The notes beneath the pieces were generated by a model that made no database searches, had not been told where the DNA came from, and was given only the letters and a program-made list of their open reading frames with translations. Source: Sulfolobales archaeon (GTDB lineage: Archaea > Thermoproteota > Thermoprotei_A > Sulfolobales > NBVN01). From it: a stretch of DNA of 64,000 nucleotides. Shown piece by piece: positions 21,102-31,415 of the stretch. Where the stretch lies: assembly GCA_038841535.1 (NCBI GenBank), contig JAWBTQ010000005.1:1-64000 (forward strand), written 5' to 3'. Numbering within the stretch: position 1 is the stretch's first letter; each line of letters starts with the position of its first letter. Position numbers and translations under genes: made by a program.

Positions 21102-21902
21102 TTGGTGATAAACTTGAAGGTTGTGGTAACCGGTGCTTCGTCTGGGATCGGTCTCGAACTATCTAAACTACTGTGCAGAGAAAGCGATACTGTAGTTCTA
21201 GGTGTAGCTAGAAGAGCTGACAGATTGGAGGCACTAGCATCAGAGTTTAGTACGTGCTTTAAACCTTTAGTAGCAGATCTCTCAACGATTTCGGGCGTAA
21301 ACTCCGTAGTGAAAGCAGTAAGTGAGGAGCTGGGTAGGATAGACCTCTTAGTAAACAACGCTGGTTTTGGTCTATATAAGTCAGTTCTAGAGCACGACGA
21401 AAGCGAGTTAATGTCTATGGCTATGGTAAACTTCATTACTCCAGTGATTCTAACTAAAAAACTAGCACCCCTCATGAACAGAGGGTCCGCAGTAGTGTTC
21501 GTCATTACTGCAGGCATTCACGTACTCATGCGGGCTCTCCCTGTGTACGGAGCAACGAAAATAGCATTACACTACACAGTAGAACTACTGAGGAGTGAGT
21601 TGGAGAAGCGTGGTATACACGTTCTCTCAGTATACCCAGGTGCAGTCAAGACGGAATTCCACTTGAGAGCCGGTGGGAATCCTACAGAGGGAATCGATGC
21701 TAGTGAAGTAGCTAAAGCAGTGTTGAGAGCGATTAGGAGTAGAAAGAAGAAAGTGTATATACCGCGCTATTTATCGTTCCTGAGGTTTTTTGGACCGCAT
21801 CTTGCGGTCTCCGGACCTTCATCTCGGAATAGCCCTCGGAGACCAGCTGTTGGTCTTAACATAGCGGAAACAGCCCTTACTGGCGTCAAGCAGTCAACCT
21901 AG
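21102..21902 (+). CDS. Short-chain dehydrogenase/reductase
   Basis: TGASSGIG, NNAG, YGATK. Confidence 0.9.
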   Translation: MVINLKVVVTGASSGIGLELSKLLCRESDTVVLGVARRADRLEALASEFSTCFKPLVADLSTISGVNSVVKAVSEELGRIDLLVNNAGFGLYKSVLEHDESELMSMAMVNFITPVILTKKLAPLMNRGSAVVFVITAGIHVLMRALPVYGATKIALHYTVELLRSELEKRGIHVLSVYPGAVKTEFHLRAGGNPTEGIDASEVAKAVLRAIRSRKKKVYIPRYLSFLRFFGPHLAVSGPSSRNSPRRPAVGLNIAETALTGVKQST

Positions 21903-21946
21903 TGGGATTGCAGTAAAAACCGAGGAATTAGTGATTATTACCTAAC

Positions 21947-22447
21947 TCACTCCCGCAACTCAGCCGTGGAAGAGTTTAACCAGACCAAGGGACGATCGTC
22001 AGGTCCTCTATACCCTTTAACAACCTCGCCGACTACTATGACATGGTCACCTGCCTCGTATTCTACCACGAGTTTGCACTCCATGATGGCCAGCATACCT
22101 GGTATTATTGGTGCCTTTACTTTTTCAGCTCTAATGGGCTTTACTCCAGCTTTTTCGAACTTGTCTACGTTTCTTCCACTTAAAGAGCCGAATACCTCTA
22201 GAGCGATTCTTTCGAACTTTTTTGAAACTACGTGTACGGCGAAGGCTCCGAACTCTTTTATGAGGCTATAGGTGTACCTCTCCTTAGTCATAGCGACAGC
22301 TACTAGAGGAGGGTCCCAAGAGACCCTTGTAAACCAGGCGGCAGTCATACCCCCTCTCTTTCCAGGTGTGTCCGGGTCGCCGGCTGTGACTATTGCTAAG
22401 GGGTGTGGAACTAAGTCGAGTACTTCGAATGGGCTCAGCTCTTCCAC
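21947..22447 (-). CDS. Flavin reductase-like protein
   Basis: GMTAAW..VSWDPPL, SGRNVDKF, GDHVIVVGEV. Confidence 0.9.
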   Translation of the reverse strand: MEELSPFEVLDLVPHPLAIVTAGDPDTPGKRGGMTAAWFTRVSWDPPLVAVAMTKERYTYSLIKEFGAFAVHVVSKKFERIALEVFGSLSGRNVDKFEKAGVKPIRAEKVKAPIIPGMLAIMECKLVVEYEAGDHVIVVGEVVKGYRGPDDRPLVWLNSSTAELRE

Positions 22448-22573
22448 GATCTACACCTAACTACATAAGTAGAAGCTGAAATTAAGCCACCGCTTTTACT
22501 TACTTGTAGCTACGGTCTTCAGCAGCTAGGAATTCCAGCATACAGTAGTAATTAGTGGGCTTTACCGTTACTT

Positions 22574-23641
22574 TTACTGTTGCTTAAGGGAGCTCTTTAA
22601 GTTCTGAACGGTTTTAGACAGTAGGCTAAACACTTTCTCGATCCCGTTTTCTACACTCTTACCTGGGGATGTAGAAGACACTCTCGGCTCATCTACAGTA
22701 TTAAGTAGTCCTTCGATGTACGACCTAAAGCTCTTTATCATGCCGCTGCCGTAACCACCACCGAGAACGGACACTAATCCCTTTATCTCTCCAGTCTCTA
22801 GAAGTTTTCTGAGGTAGTGCCCGAAGAGAGAGTACGTTACCTCAGTAGCCCGCAGCTGTGAGAGTCTGTCGTCTTTATGTGCGTCAAAGCCGGCGAATAC
22901 TACCAAGGCGTTAGGTGTAAACATTCTCCTAGCTCTTTCTACAACGTTGTGAAGAACCCATGCGTAGTGCTCGTCGCTCGAGTCAGGGTATAAGGGTATG
23001 TTGATTTTCGTGCCCTCTGCGCCAGCTCCCCCCACGTCTTCGATGTCTCCAGTACCCGGGTAGAGCCACCTCTGGTGTATGTCTACGTGTAGTACGCGGC
23101 CTTCGTACCAGAAGATTTCTTGTGTTCCGTTGCCGTGATGGGCGTCGAAGTCCAGTACCATGACCCTATACCCGCGGTCTAGAAGAGCTTTAGCTGCTAT
23201 AGCCGCATAATCGAATACGCAGAACCCTAGCGTTGGAGCCCCCATCGCAGGACCTCGTCTTCCGGCGTGGTGTCCTCCGGGTCTAGCCATTATGAACCAC
23301 GGAAGACCTGTCTCCACGGATCTGAGGGCAGCGTCTCTAGATGCTGCCGCAAAAGATGCTGCTATATCGCATGTGTACTCAGTGACGTAAGTATCAGCAT
23401 CTACGTAGTGAAACCCCTTTGAGCACTCTCTCTTAATCCACTCGACGTAGTCTTCGTCGTGAACTAAGAGAACAGCACCGTAGTCGGGTTCGGGAGCCTT
23501 CCGCAGCTCCACGTAGCTCCAAGCGGAAGACTTCTTTAGCTCTTCAACAGCTTCTTCAACCCTCCAGACGCCCTCCGGATGCCTATCCTCCGGGTCTCTA
23601 TGCAGTCTGTGTCTCTCATCGTATACTAAGAAGAGCTTCAA
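22574..23641 (-). CDS. Histone deacetylase-family (acetoin utilization/polyamine deacetylase) protein
   Basis: HPE, RPGGHHA, GFC, DFDAHHGNGTQ, AGFDAH, GGY. Confidence 0.9.
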   Translation of the reverse strand: MKLFLVYDERHRLHRDPEDRHPEGVWRVEEAVEELKKSSAWSYVELRKAPEPDYGAVLLVHDEDYVEWIKRECSKGFHYVDADTYVTEYTCDIAASFAAASRDAALRSVETGLPWFIMARPGGHHAGRRGPAMGAPTLGFCVFDYAAIAAKALLDRGYRVMVLDFDAHHGNGTQEIFWYEGRVLHVDIHQRWLYPGTGDIEDVGGAGAEGTKINIPLYPDSSDEHYAWVLHNVVERARRMFTPNALVVFAGFDAHKDDRLSQLRATEVTYSLFGHYLRKLLETGEIKGLVSVLGGGYGSGMIKSFRSYIEGLLNTVDEPRVSSTSPGKSVENGIEKVFSLLSKTVQNLKSSLKQQ

Positions 23642-23821
23642 CTAGCCACCCTCACAGAGATCGCGCTAGTAAATAAAGTATGGATAGGCTTCACACAGAT
23701 TTAACTACCATAACTACAGCACTAAGTCGGGAAGCTAAGGACTCACTAGAGCTAGAGAGTCCAGACCTCTAAAGTCCCTGGTCTACGGGTGATCTAACGA
23801 TCTAATTAATCTAGTTGGAAT

Positions 23822-24370
23822 ATGGTGGACGGGGAAATCTTGCTGAGACTTCTGGGCGAGAAGGTCTTATGTAAAGGTAAGAGGGTTACCTTGGTTCAAA
23901 AGACTTACTCCTATGGAGAGCACGTTTTCGTAAGAGATGTTGTCGCTTTCGGTCAGTCAGTTGCTGTTGTACCCTTAGTAGGTGACGAGATATTACTAGT
24001 TAAGCAGTTTCGCGCTCCGATAGGTGGTTGGATCATCGAAGTCCCTGCTGGTAGAGTAGACCCAGGTGAGACTCCCGAAGAAGCAGCTAGGAGAGAGCTT
24101 GTTGAAGAAACGGGCTACTACCCTAGGAAGCTAGATAAGTTAGGCTCTATATGCATGTCTCCAGGCTATAGTGACGAAATCCTACACGTATATCTTGCCG
24201 AAGACCTGGAGTTTGTTGGAAGCAGTCCGGAACCCGGGGAGTTGATCGAGGTCATACGACTCAAACTAGCAAACGCTCTAAACACAGTGCTCAGTGAGCC
24301 TATACTTGATGCTAAAACACTCGCATCTATACTACTTGCACAACAGAGAGGTCTAATAAGAAGGAGCTGA
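23822..24370 (+). CDS. NUDIX hydrolase (ADP-ribose pyrophosphatase-like)
   Basis: [27 protein letters not shown]udix box, SPG, DAKT. Confidence 0.9.
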   Translation: MVDGEILLRLLGEKVLCKGKRVTLVQKTYSYGEHVFVRDVVAFGQSVAVVPLVGDEILLVKQFRAPIGGWIIEVPAGRVDPGETPEEAARRELVEETGYYPRKLDKLGSICMSPGYSDEILHVYLAEDLEFVGSSPEPGELIEVIRLKLANALNTVLSEPILDAKTLASILLAQQRGLIRRS

Positions 24371-24595
24371 CAAGGATTTAAATGAGGAAATGTAGGAACA
24401 CCTCCACCTCGCAGTGCTTCTTACTACCCTCATAGCTATAGCAGTGCTAACCACAATTTTAAAGAAAGCTCATGTAAGCTAACGTGAAGGTGTACTTAAC
24501 TAAGACGGTGGAGTCTAACAAGCGTGCTCGTTTAGGTCCATACAAAGGAGATCAAGCAGAAGTTAATTCTGGATTTTCTAGTTCCAGAGTCTAGA

Positions 24596-24650
24596 GATCA
24601 GAGACCCGAAACCTCGCTCACGTCTCACCCAATCTAGCCTTCATCATCAA
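24596..24650 (-). ncRNA. C/D box sRNA with two 12-nt guides, probably targeting 23S rRNA
   Basis: ATGATGA(C)-AGGCTAGATTGG-GTGA(D')-GAC-GTGAGCGA(C'-like)-GGTTTCGGGTCT-CTGA(D). Confidence 0.85.
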
Positions 24651-24752
24651 TTAGTAACTTGCTTTATTAGAAGATAAAATTAAAATTCACTCATCTTTCA
24701 GCTTTTCGGTTGTCTCTAAACTCAACTCTCTAAACTCAGTGCCTGGTAGCTT

Positions 24753-25310
24753 TTAGAACTTCCTTGTTAGTACGGTAACGTAAGCGTTTATGATGATTAT
24801 ACCGTATATCTCCAGCAAAGCTACTGAGGGCCACTTAACGAGGAGAGCTCCCAAGGGGCCTATAGTGGAGAGAGAAAGAAGAGTTAGTCCAGGAATTAGC
24901 TGCTTCTTGAATAAGAAGTCTATAGTCGATGCAACTAAGGCCATCCACATCTGGATGAAGAACCAAGTTGACACAAACACGTGTGGGCGCGTCCCGCTTG
25001 GGAACAGCCCGATGAGGGCTAGAAAGATTCCGGCAATAAATATGAAGGACGACGCGTAGGTAGAGATCTTACTCGTTGAAGTCTTAGCTAGGTACGTAGC
25101 GTACGTAGAGGCTAAAGCACCAGTTACTATTAAGCCGACGTTGTATATCCAGGGGTCTACCGCTCTAGGACCCCCGAGGTCGCTTAAGGCGTGTTTAAAA
25201 ACGTTAAACCAAGGGTTCTTAGACACAGATAAGAAGATCGTGGTCCAAGCGGAGAAAACGGCGATCAAACCCGTGAGCCTCCAAAGGATTCTCACACCAA
25301 ACACCACCAC
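24753..25310 (-). CDS. DUF998-like membrane protein
   Basis: NPWF...ALSDLG, IYN.GLI, LIG.FP...PH. Confidence 0.8.
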   Translation of the reverse strand: MVVFGVRILWRLTGLIAVFSAWTTIFLSVSKNPWFNVFKHALSDLGGPRAVDPWIYNVGLIVTGALASTYATYLAKTSTSKISTYASSFIFIAGIFLALIGLFPSGTRPHVFVSTWFFIQMWMALVASTIDFLFKKQLIPGLTLLSLSTIGPLGALLVKWPSVALLEIYGIIIINAYVTVLTRKF

Positions 25311-25349
25311 CTGTTAAGTTAGGGCGCAAGCTATAACGTTGAGCATTAC

Positions 25350-26588
25350 TCACACTACCTGTTTTTCGCCTAAGCGCTTCCTCATGGTCTCCGTGGGAAC
25401 TATAGGTACTAGGTGTTCTAGCTCTCTTGCTGATACCTGCGTGTTACCTATTAGCATTCTGATATACCTAGATACGCGCTCGTTGTTGAGTTGCTCCACT
25501 ATCTCGGAGAGCTCAGTCATTTCTACTCCTCGAGGTGGGTAAATAACGTTTACGTGATTTTCAGCAACGAACTCCAAGCCTTCGGGGACTATCGCCGCTC
25601 TCAGCTTCGGATTGCTGGGGTGACCTACGACTCGATTAGTAACTATGGCTGGACCCCGGTCCCACACTTTAACACCCCTTATGTATTGAGGCTTGTTTGC
25701 TCTATTACCTAACACCAGCCTACCAGCTCCCACGTTGTGGGACCATATGAGGAGCACGGACCCCCTCGGGTCGTCTGTCAGCTTGTCTCTGCACTGATTC
25801 CACACGATTCTACCTGTCTGCACTCGGTAGTCTAGCTCGGCGAGACTCAGAGAACCTATCCAACTCTTCTTAAGCTCTTCCGCATGCTCGCTAAACATCA
25901 CCCTACCGCTCTTTTCGAAGACAAACTTCTCCGCAGGTTTATGATTGGGTAACCTCTTTCGAAGAACTAGGAGCTGGAAGGTGTGGTTAGCCTCTGTAAA
26001 TATCCTAGAACTAGGGAGAGTTTTCATGTACTCTATATCTGCTACTCGGATTATGTACTCTCTTAGCTTTTTAAAGTAAGCACCGCTATTCATTGATGAA
26101 GAGACGACGTACGCGAGCCACCCACCCGGCTTTAACACCTTCAGACCAAGGTAGATAAATAGGGAATACAAGTTTACTCTACCACTAATAACTTCGAAGT
26201 ACCTAGCCTCCACATCTCTATCAAGCCTAACCTCTAAGTAAGGGGGGTTTCCAAGCACTACGTCGAAAGCTTCAACAAACGGCTTTTTGAGGCTATCGAC
26301 TACCTCAATAGATGCTTCAGGCACTACTTTCCTAGCTATATCGGCTAGTACTGGATCAATCTCCCAACAGTAAAGCTCTGGTTCCTCGAAGTAATCTCTA
26401 GCAGTTAGTAGAAACTCTCCAGTACCACACGCCGGGTCGAGGACCTTAGGCTTGCTGAGTCTAGGCAGTCTTTCGATCAATTCCACCCTCAAACTTCTCG
26501 GAGTGAAAAACTGTCCAAACTTTTTGCGGTACTCCTGGCCTACGGAGAGCACGTATCTAACTGTCTCGGGATGAAGTTCGTCTGGCAA
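25350..26588 (-). CDS. N6-adenine DNA methyltransferase (gamma class, PstI/BsuBI/TaqI-like), no adjacent endonuclease
   Basis: GQFFTP, DPACGTG, GNPPY, NLYSLF; C-terminal ENHVN and GNTQV motifs. Confidence 0.88.
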   Translation of the reverse strand: MPDELHPETVRYVLSVGQEYRKKFGQFFTPRSLRVELIERLPRLSKPKVLDPACGTGEFLLTARDYFEEPELYCWEIDPVLADIARKVVPEASIEVVDSLKKPFVEAFDVVLGNPPYLEVRLDRDVEARYFEVISGRVNLYSLFIYLGLKVLKPGGWLAYVVSSSMNSGAYFKKLREYIIRVADIEYMKTLPSSRIFTEANHTFQLLVLRKRLPNHKPAEKFVFEKSGRVMFSEHAEELKKSWIGSLSLAELDYRVQTGRIVWNQCRDKLTDDPRGSVLLIWSHNVGAGRLVLGNRANKPQYIRGVKVWDRGPAIVTNRVVGHPSNPKLRAAIVPEGLEFVAENHVNVIYPPRGVEMTELSEIVEQLNNERVSRYIRMLIGNTQVSARELEHLVPIVPTETMRKRLGEKQVV

Positions 26589-26714
26589 CGCTGCGTTTTC
26601 CCAGTATAGACGCTACTAACGAATAAAGTAACAGAGATCACTAAACCTCGAAAGTGAAACCACATGGTACATAGTGACACATATTAGCTCTCTAAATACA
26701 CAAGCTCTGAGACT

Positions 26715-26981
26715 ATGCCGCTAATAGTAGTATTCCACTTTACAGACGCCGGGAGACTACCTAAGCTAAGCGAGGAAGAACGAAGGTCTATTAGAGCTAA
26801 GTTCCTGGAGGTACTAAAAGACTACCCCGACGTAACGTTTTACGGTACGTGGGTAGACGGTGAAGGGCGTGGCATATGCTTGTGGGAGGCTCCCAGTGCT
26901 GAAGTAGTCAAAGAGGTAGTAGCTAAAGTTCTGGGAACACCTCCAACCGACCCCGTAGTTGAGGTTAAGAAGGTTTTTTGA
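26715..26981 (+). CDS. Small hypothetical protein (ferredoxin-like/dimeric barrel fold likely)
   Basis: GTWVDGEGRGICLWEAPSAE pattern. Confidence 0.65.
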   Translation: MPLIVVFHFTDAGRLPKLSEEERRSIRAKFLEVLKDYPDVTFYGTWVDGEGRGICLWEAPSAEVVKEVVAKVLGTPPTDPVVEVKKVF

Positions 26982-27060
26982 TTAACGCATAATCGAATTC
27001 CTCAAAATATGTGTAGTACTATCTCCACTGGGAAGGTTAGATGCTGCGAGCGTGTAGGCC

Positions 27061-27819
27061 GTGGTTGAGGTAGTTTTATCTATCTTAGGGAAAGTCCCAA
27101 GTTCTTTCATAGAGTCTATTCTAAATGTACTAAATAGCTTCTATGCCTCTCGTACTACCGAAATAGAGAAGCCAGCATTCGTAGAAGTCATCGTATACGG
27201 CTCTAGCAGTAGACGCCTCGAGGTACTCTACGAAGAAGCCATAGAGCTAGGTGTTGAAGTATTAGGTGATTACGTAGTCTCACATGAAGCTTGGAGAGGC
27301 TGGCCAAGGATCCACGTAGACTACGAGAAAAGCTCAAAGCTAGAACCCGAGGTATTTAGCTCTCTCCTAGTACACGAGGCTGTCCACAGCATACTCCACG
27401 GTAGGAGGGACTACTACTCATTCTCTATAAGTAGTAGCTTTCTAGACGAACTCCACACTCACTTAGGAATCGAGGTATTTTACTTAGCTTCAACAGTAGT
27501 AAAAGATCTTGAAGTCCACAAGTACCTAGTGACTACCGGATACAGAAAGTACGTTGAGAAGTACGCTCAATACTCAAGACAAGAAGCTACCAGCTTAAAC
27601 TGCTCAGACATAATGAACACTCTAAACTTCGCTAAGCTGATATCACCCTGTGTCTACATAGAGTGTCCCAGCAATACCGAGATGGTCAGCAAATCCTGTG
27701 CGAGAGTCTACAAGCCGTTATTGAAGACCCTATCTGAGCTAGAACATCTCGGTGGGGACTGGGTAGAGAAGTCAGTTAAGCTAGTTTACTCCATCATGAA
27801 GCACTCACTAGTCAACTAA
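27061..27819 (+). CDS. Hypothetical protein with HExxH zincin-like motif
   Basis: HEAWRGWPRI and LVHEAVHSILHG. Confidence 0.65.
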   Translation: MVEVVLSILGKVPSSFIESILNVLNSFYASRTTEIEKPAFVEVIVYGSSSRRLEVLYEEAIELGVEVLGDYVVSHEAWRGWPRIHVDYEKSSKLEPEVFSSLLVHEAVHSILHGRRDYYSFSISSSFLDELHTHLGIEVFYLASTVVKDLEVHKYLVTTGYRKYVEKYAQYSRQEATSLNCSDIMNTLNFAKLISPCVYIECPSNTEMVSKSCARVYKPLLKTLSELEHLGGDWVEKSVKLVYSIMKHSLVN

Positions 27820-28089
27820 TCAGCTAGCCAGAGAATACTGAGAGCTAAAGCTTCTGAGCTAAGAAACGCCTACAGCAGCAGAGACCTCCTCAGTCTCAAA
27901 CTAGTTCTCGAAAAAGACAGCAGTTCGGAGTTACTAGGTCACCTACTACTTGCGAGATTGCTTGTCTAGTTCAGAACAAACTATACTAACCGTAACTACA
28001 GCCCTAGGTAAAGACTTAGGAGAAGGTCTCGACATAAGTAATACAGTAAAAACGGTTTAACTCTTAGCGCAGATTACTATCGACTGCTC

Positions 28090-29655
28090 TCAGCAGTCGA
28101 CTTCATACACGTAGTAGACGTAGTTGTTGTTTATGGCGTCTAGTAGGTCCTTCCAGTACTCTTGCTCGTACCTACTTCCTTCCTCTAGTGCCGACTTAGC
28201 GTTCTCAACGATCTCGTTAATAGTGATGTAGCTATCGTTATAGTAGATTACTGTATCACCACTAACATACCCGTACTTGAGGTTCAGTAGTACCGCAATC
28301 AACTGCTGTCTCAGTGCTGTAGACATATCACCGAGTACGGGGCTGACTAGGTAGTCAGCTAGCTGCTTAGGCGTCTCGAAGCTCGTACTGAGCACTTCGT
28401 TTATGTAGTTAACGTCTTCTTGAGTTACTCGGGTTAGCCACTGACCGGTTCTCCTGTTGTATTGAGACCAGGACCAGTAGCCCTTACTGTAAGCACCAGT
28501 AAGCTTCTTCAAGCACACGAAGCCGAAGTCGTTGCTACCGTAAGCTGTAGCTTCTTCAGCATAAACTTCGTAGTACGTATGAGTCGTATTCACTACTACA
28601 TCGCAGAACACGCAGTAAGGCTTTACTACTTCAACCTTGTAGGTGTACCCTACATCTACCTCGAAGTAGTAGTAACCGCTTTCGTCAGAGTAAGCTGTAT
28701 CTACGTAAACCCAGTCATCAGTATCCTCATCGTATCTGTACAAGTCTACAGCAACTCCAGAGATCGGCTTATCGCCTTCGTCGTATAGCCCGTTGTAGTT
28801 GTTGTCCCAGAACACTACACCAGATATCGTAGCATACATCGCGGTCTCGAACTCTTGGTGTACTAACACCGTCCAGCTCGCACTCTGCTCTGTTTGAACT
28901 ATAGTAGCCGTATTCACGTGCTCGTAAGACTCTCCCTTACTAGGGTCGTACTCAAAAGTTATAGTGTAAGTCCAAGAGTTACTATCGCACGTGGTCCAGA
29001 CGTAACCATTAGTGTCCACGACATCTACACAGTCGTATCCCTGCGTCACGTCGGTCTTACTAGTTGTAGTGCTCGGGCTTGGACCGTAAGGCTCTCCAAG
29101 CCAACCACTGTGGTTTGTTATCGTAACATTAGCAGTTACCTTAAACTCTTCTCTATCCCAGTAATCTTCGGGGACTTCCACCTCGTAGTAGTAACAGTAT
29201 GACTCGCCCGGACCTAAAACCGGCTTCTCCGATACATCAACAGAATAGCTTTCGACGATCTTAATATTCCATCCTTTTGTGCCCTTAACGTAGACATCTA
29301 GCTCTATCTCTAGGTTTTCAGTAGCTCTTTCACCTCCGTTCGTAACGCAGACGTATCCCTCAATGTAGTAAGATACAGTTGTAGTCTTAATTACAGAGAC
29401 AGCGTATTCCACGGTAGCAGTAGGGCTTCTTTGGCTTAGATATATTTCATAAGCATTAGCTGTCTTTTCCATCTTCCACTCGTATTTAGTGAGATATATT
29501 GCTGACGCAGTTACGTAGGCTGATAAGGTAGTGCCAGCTTGTCCCTGGGCTTGAGTCAGAGTCAGTAGAGTTGCGTTAATCGGTAGAACTAGAGAAGCTA
29601 GAATTAGTATAGTTATTAAGTTTTTTAAAGCATTTGTTTTACACATTTTTCTCAC
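28090..29655 (-). CDS. Secreted surface protein with SdrD-B/Cna-B-like domain
   Basis: Signal peptide; ISGVVFWDNNYNGLYDEGDKPISGVAVDLY...DESGYYYF...NDFG; Tyr/Thr/Val-rich beta domains. Confidence 0.75.
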   Translation of the reverse strand: MRKMCKTNALKNLITILILASLVLPINATLLTLTQAQGQAGTTLSAYVTASAIYLTKYEWKMEKTANAYEIYLSQRSPTATVEYAVSVIKTTTVSYYIEGYVCVTNGGERATENLEIELDVYVKGTKGWNIKIVESYSVDVSEKPVLGPGESYCYYYEVEVPEDYWDREEFKVTANVTITNHSGWLGEPYGPSPSTTTSKTDVTQGYDCVDVVDTNGYVWTTCDSNSWTYTITFEYDPSKGESYEHVNTATIVQTEQSASWTVLVHQEFETAMYATISGVVFWDNNYNGLYDEGDKPISGVAVDLYRYDEDTDDWVYVDTAYSDESGYYYFEVDVGYTYKVEVVKPYCVFCDVVVNTTHTYYEVYAEEATAYGSNDFGFVCLKKLTGAYSKGYWSWSQYNRRTGQWLTRVTQEDVNYINEVLSTSFETPKQLADYLVSPVLGDMSTALRQQLIAVLLNLKYGYVSGDTVIYYNDSYITINEIVENAKSALEEGSRYEQEYWKDLLDAINNNYVYYVYEVDC

Positions 29656-30136
29656 AATGTTTATGATTAAAAAGAGTATTTAAGCTTTTTAACCCATAAG
29701 TTACTCTGTTTAAAAAGATTATACAAGCATTTTCATAAATCCGTGGATCAATAAGTACATTTATTTCTTTGCCTAACTGAATGGTTTGTTGTTGAGCTGC
29801 TCTAAGGTATGATGAGATGATTAGTGACTTGATAACTAGTTTTTAGTAGAAGACTTAAGCATAGAAGCATGGGGTACGTAACTACACTCCTCTTGAAGGA
29901 TCCTTAGTTAGTGGGAGGGTTCATGTAAGGTAACCTAGCTGTGTTAGGAGTGCGTTTTCTTAGTGTCTTTACCAAAGCGAGAGCTTTCCTCTTCGGTGAT
30001 ACTGGTTGATCGAAGTTGGAGACTTAGTGAGTATGGAGGAGATCACCTACTTCTTTATCTTATCTTCAGATAGACTAAGTTCTTCAACTTGCGGAATGCG
30101 CTCTTGGGTTAGGTCTTCTGTCCTTAGCTACGGTGT

Positions 30137-30760
30137 CTACCTCCCGGAGGTGGCTTTAGTGCCACTAGTTTCAATGTAGATATGTCCGTAGCCCTGTCCC
30201 AGCTTTCTTGTCTCTATATTGCCGCAATCGGGACACTTTAGCTTATCTTTCAATAGCTTTAGTTGCGCCCCGCACTTACTGCAGCTAGCAAGAACGACAC
30301 CGAGTTTTGCGTCTTTAATTGTTAATAAGTACGGTGGGTAGCTATTTAACACCTTCGACCTTATGAAGTCCCCTATGCGGACGTAGCTGTACATTTGCTT
30401 TATCTCACCAGCTTTCTCAATTACTTGAGATACGTGAAGCATCCCAGTAAATGGGTAGTGGATTACTGCGTTATTGACTGTCAAGATCCTAGTGCGAGCG
30501 AAATCCTCTCGCATCTCGGTTACGACTGCGAGCACTATAGCACCTGAGTGCGGCATCGTGGGAGGCCTATACGGCTTAACCATAACGACTTTATTTAAGA
30601 GGTCCTTTACGACCCTGCCTATCGTTGCTGCCCTTATTTGGTATCCAGCTTCATACGTCCCAGGACCTGGGAGAAATTCTTCCGCTACTCCTAGGCGGTC
30701 TCCGGGGATTACGAAATCCTCTAACTCCTTTTTCTCACTCAACGCTTTATCCCTCTCCAC
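30137..30760 (-). CDS. csl4: Exosome subunit Csl4
   Basis: VIPGDRLGVAEEFLPGPGTY, S1 domain, LGVVLASCSKCG...CPDCGNIETRK Zn ribbon. Confidence 0.93.
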   Translation of the reverse strand: MERDKALSEKKELEDFVIPGDRLGVAEEFLPGPGTYEAGYQIRAATIGRVVKDLLNKVVMVKPYRPPTMPHSGAIVLAVVTEMREDFARTRILTVNNAVIHYPFTGMLHVSQVIEKAGEIKQMYSYVRIGDFIRSKVLNSYPPYLLTIKDAKLGVVLASCSKCGAQLKLLKDKLKCPDCGNIETRKLGQGYGHIYIETSGTKATSGR

Positions 30761-31395
30761 TCACTAGTTCTCACAAGCCTAATTAACGCAACCTCAAAGC
30801 GGTATGTTTTCTTTCTGTGGTGCCTTAGCCTCTGCTTTAATGTCATAGTAGCTTTAGCAAGTACGGAGAAGGAGAACCCTAGGTCTTCAGCTACTTTCGA
30901 AATAAGCTTCAAGCTCTCTAGGGAGTACTTGTGGAGCGAGTAAACAGTAAAACACTCACTTAAAGCCACGTTTAGGAACTCTACGTCAGCACCTCTCTTT
31001 TTGACTCCGAAGGGTGGGTTCATAATGACGGTGCACTTGTCTAAGAGGGGTCTCATTGGGAGGTGCTTTGCGTCTCCTGCAACAAGGTCAAATCTTCCAC
31101 TAAAAACGGCTAAGTTCTCTTTAGCGACATAGAGAGCAGACCAATCTATATCGAGACACAGAGCATTGCTCGCTCCAAGCAGGAGGGAACCGTATGTGAG
31201 AACCCCAGTCCCACACCCCATATCGACCACTACGCCCCTACTTAAGTCATTTCTGAGGTTAGCTTCCCATACCATTAATGCCGCAATATCGCCAGGTGTT
31301 CGGTACTGTTCCAGGCTCTCTACAGGGTTAATGAAGTCTCTAAGCTTCTCTAGAGCTATCTCTAGGTCTCTCATGAGTATAGCCCTACCGGGCAT
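30739..31395 (-). CDS. METTL5-family RNA methyltransferase
   Basis: LEQYRTP, DMGCGTG, MNPPFG, YSLH. Confidence 0.9.
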   Translation of the reverse strand: MPGRAILMRDLEIALEKLRDFINPVESLEQYRTPGDIAALMVWEANLRNDLSRGVVVDMGCGTGVLTYGSLLLGASNALCLDIDWSALYVAKENLAVFSGRFDLVAGDAKHLPMRPLLDKCTVIMNPPFGVKKRGADVEFLNVALSECFTVYSLHKYSLESLKLISKVAEDLGFSFSVLAKATMTLKQRLRHHRKKTYRFEVALIRLVRTSEWRGIKR

Positions 31396-31415
31396 CGCAC
31401 GTCACTTAACAGATA

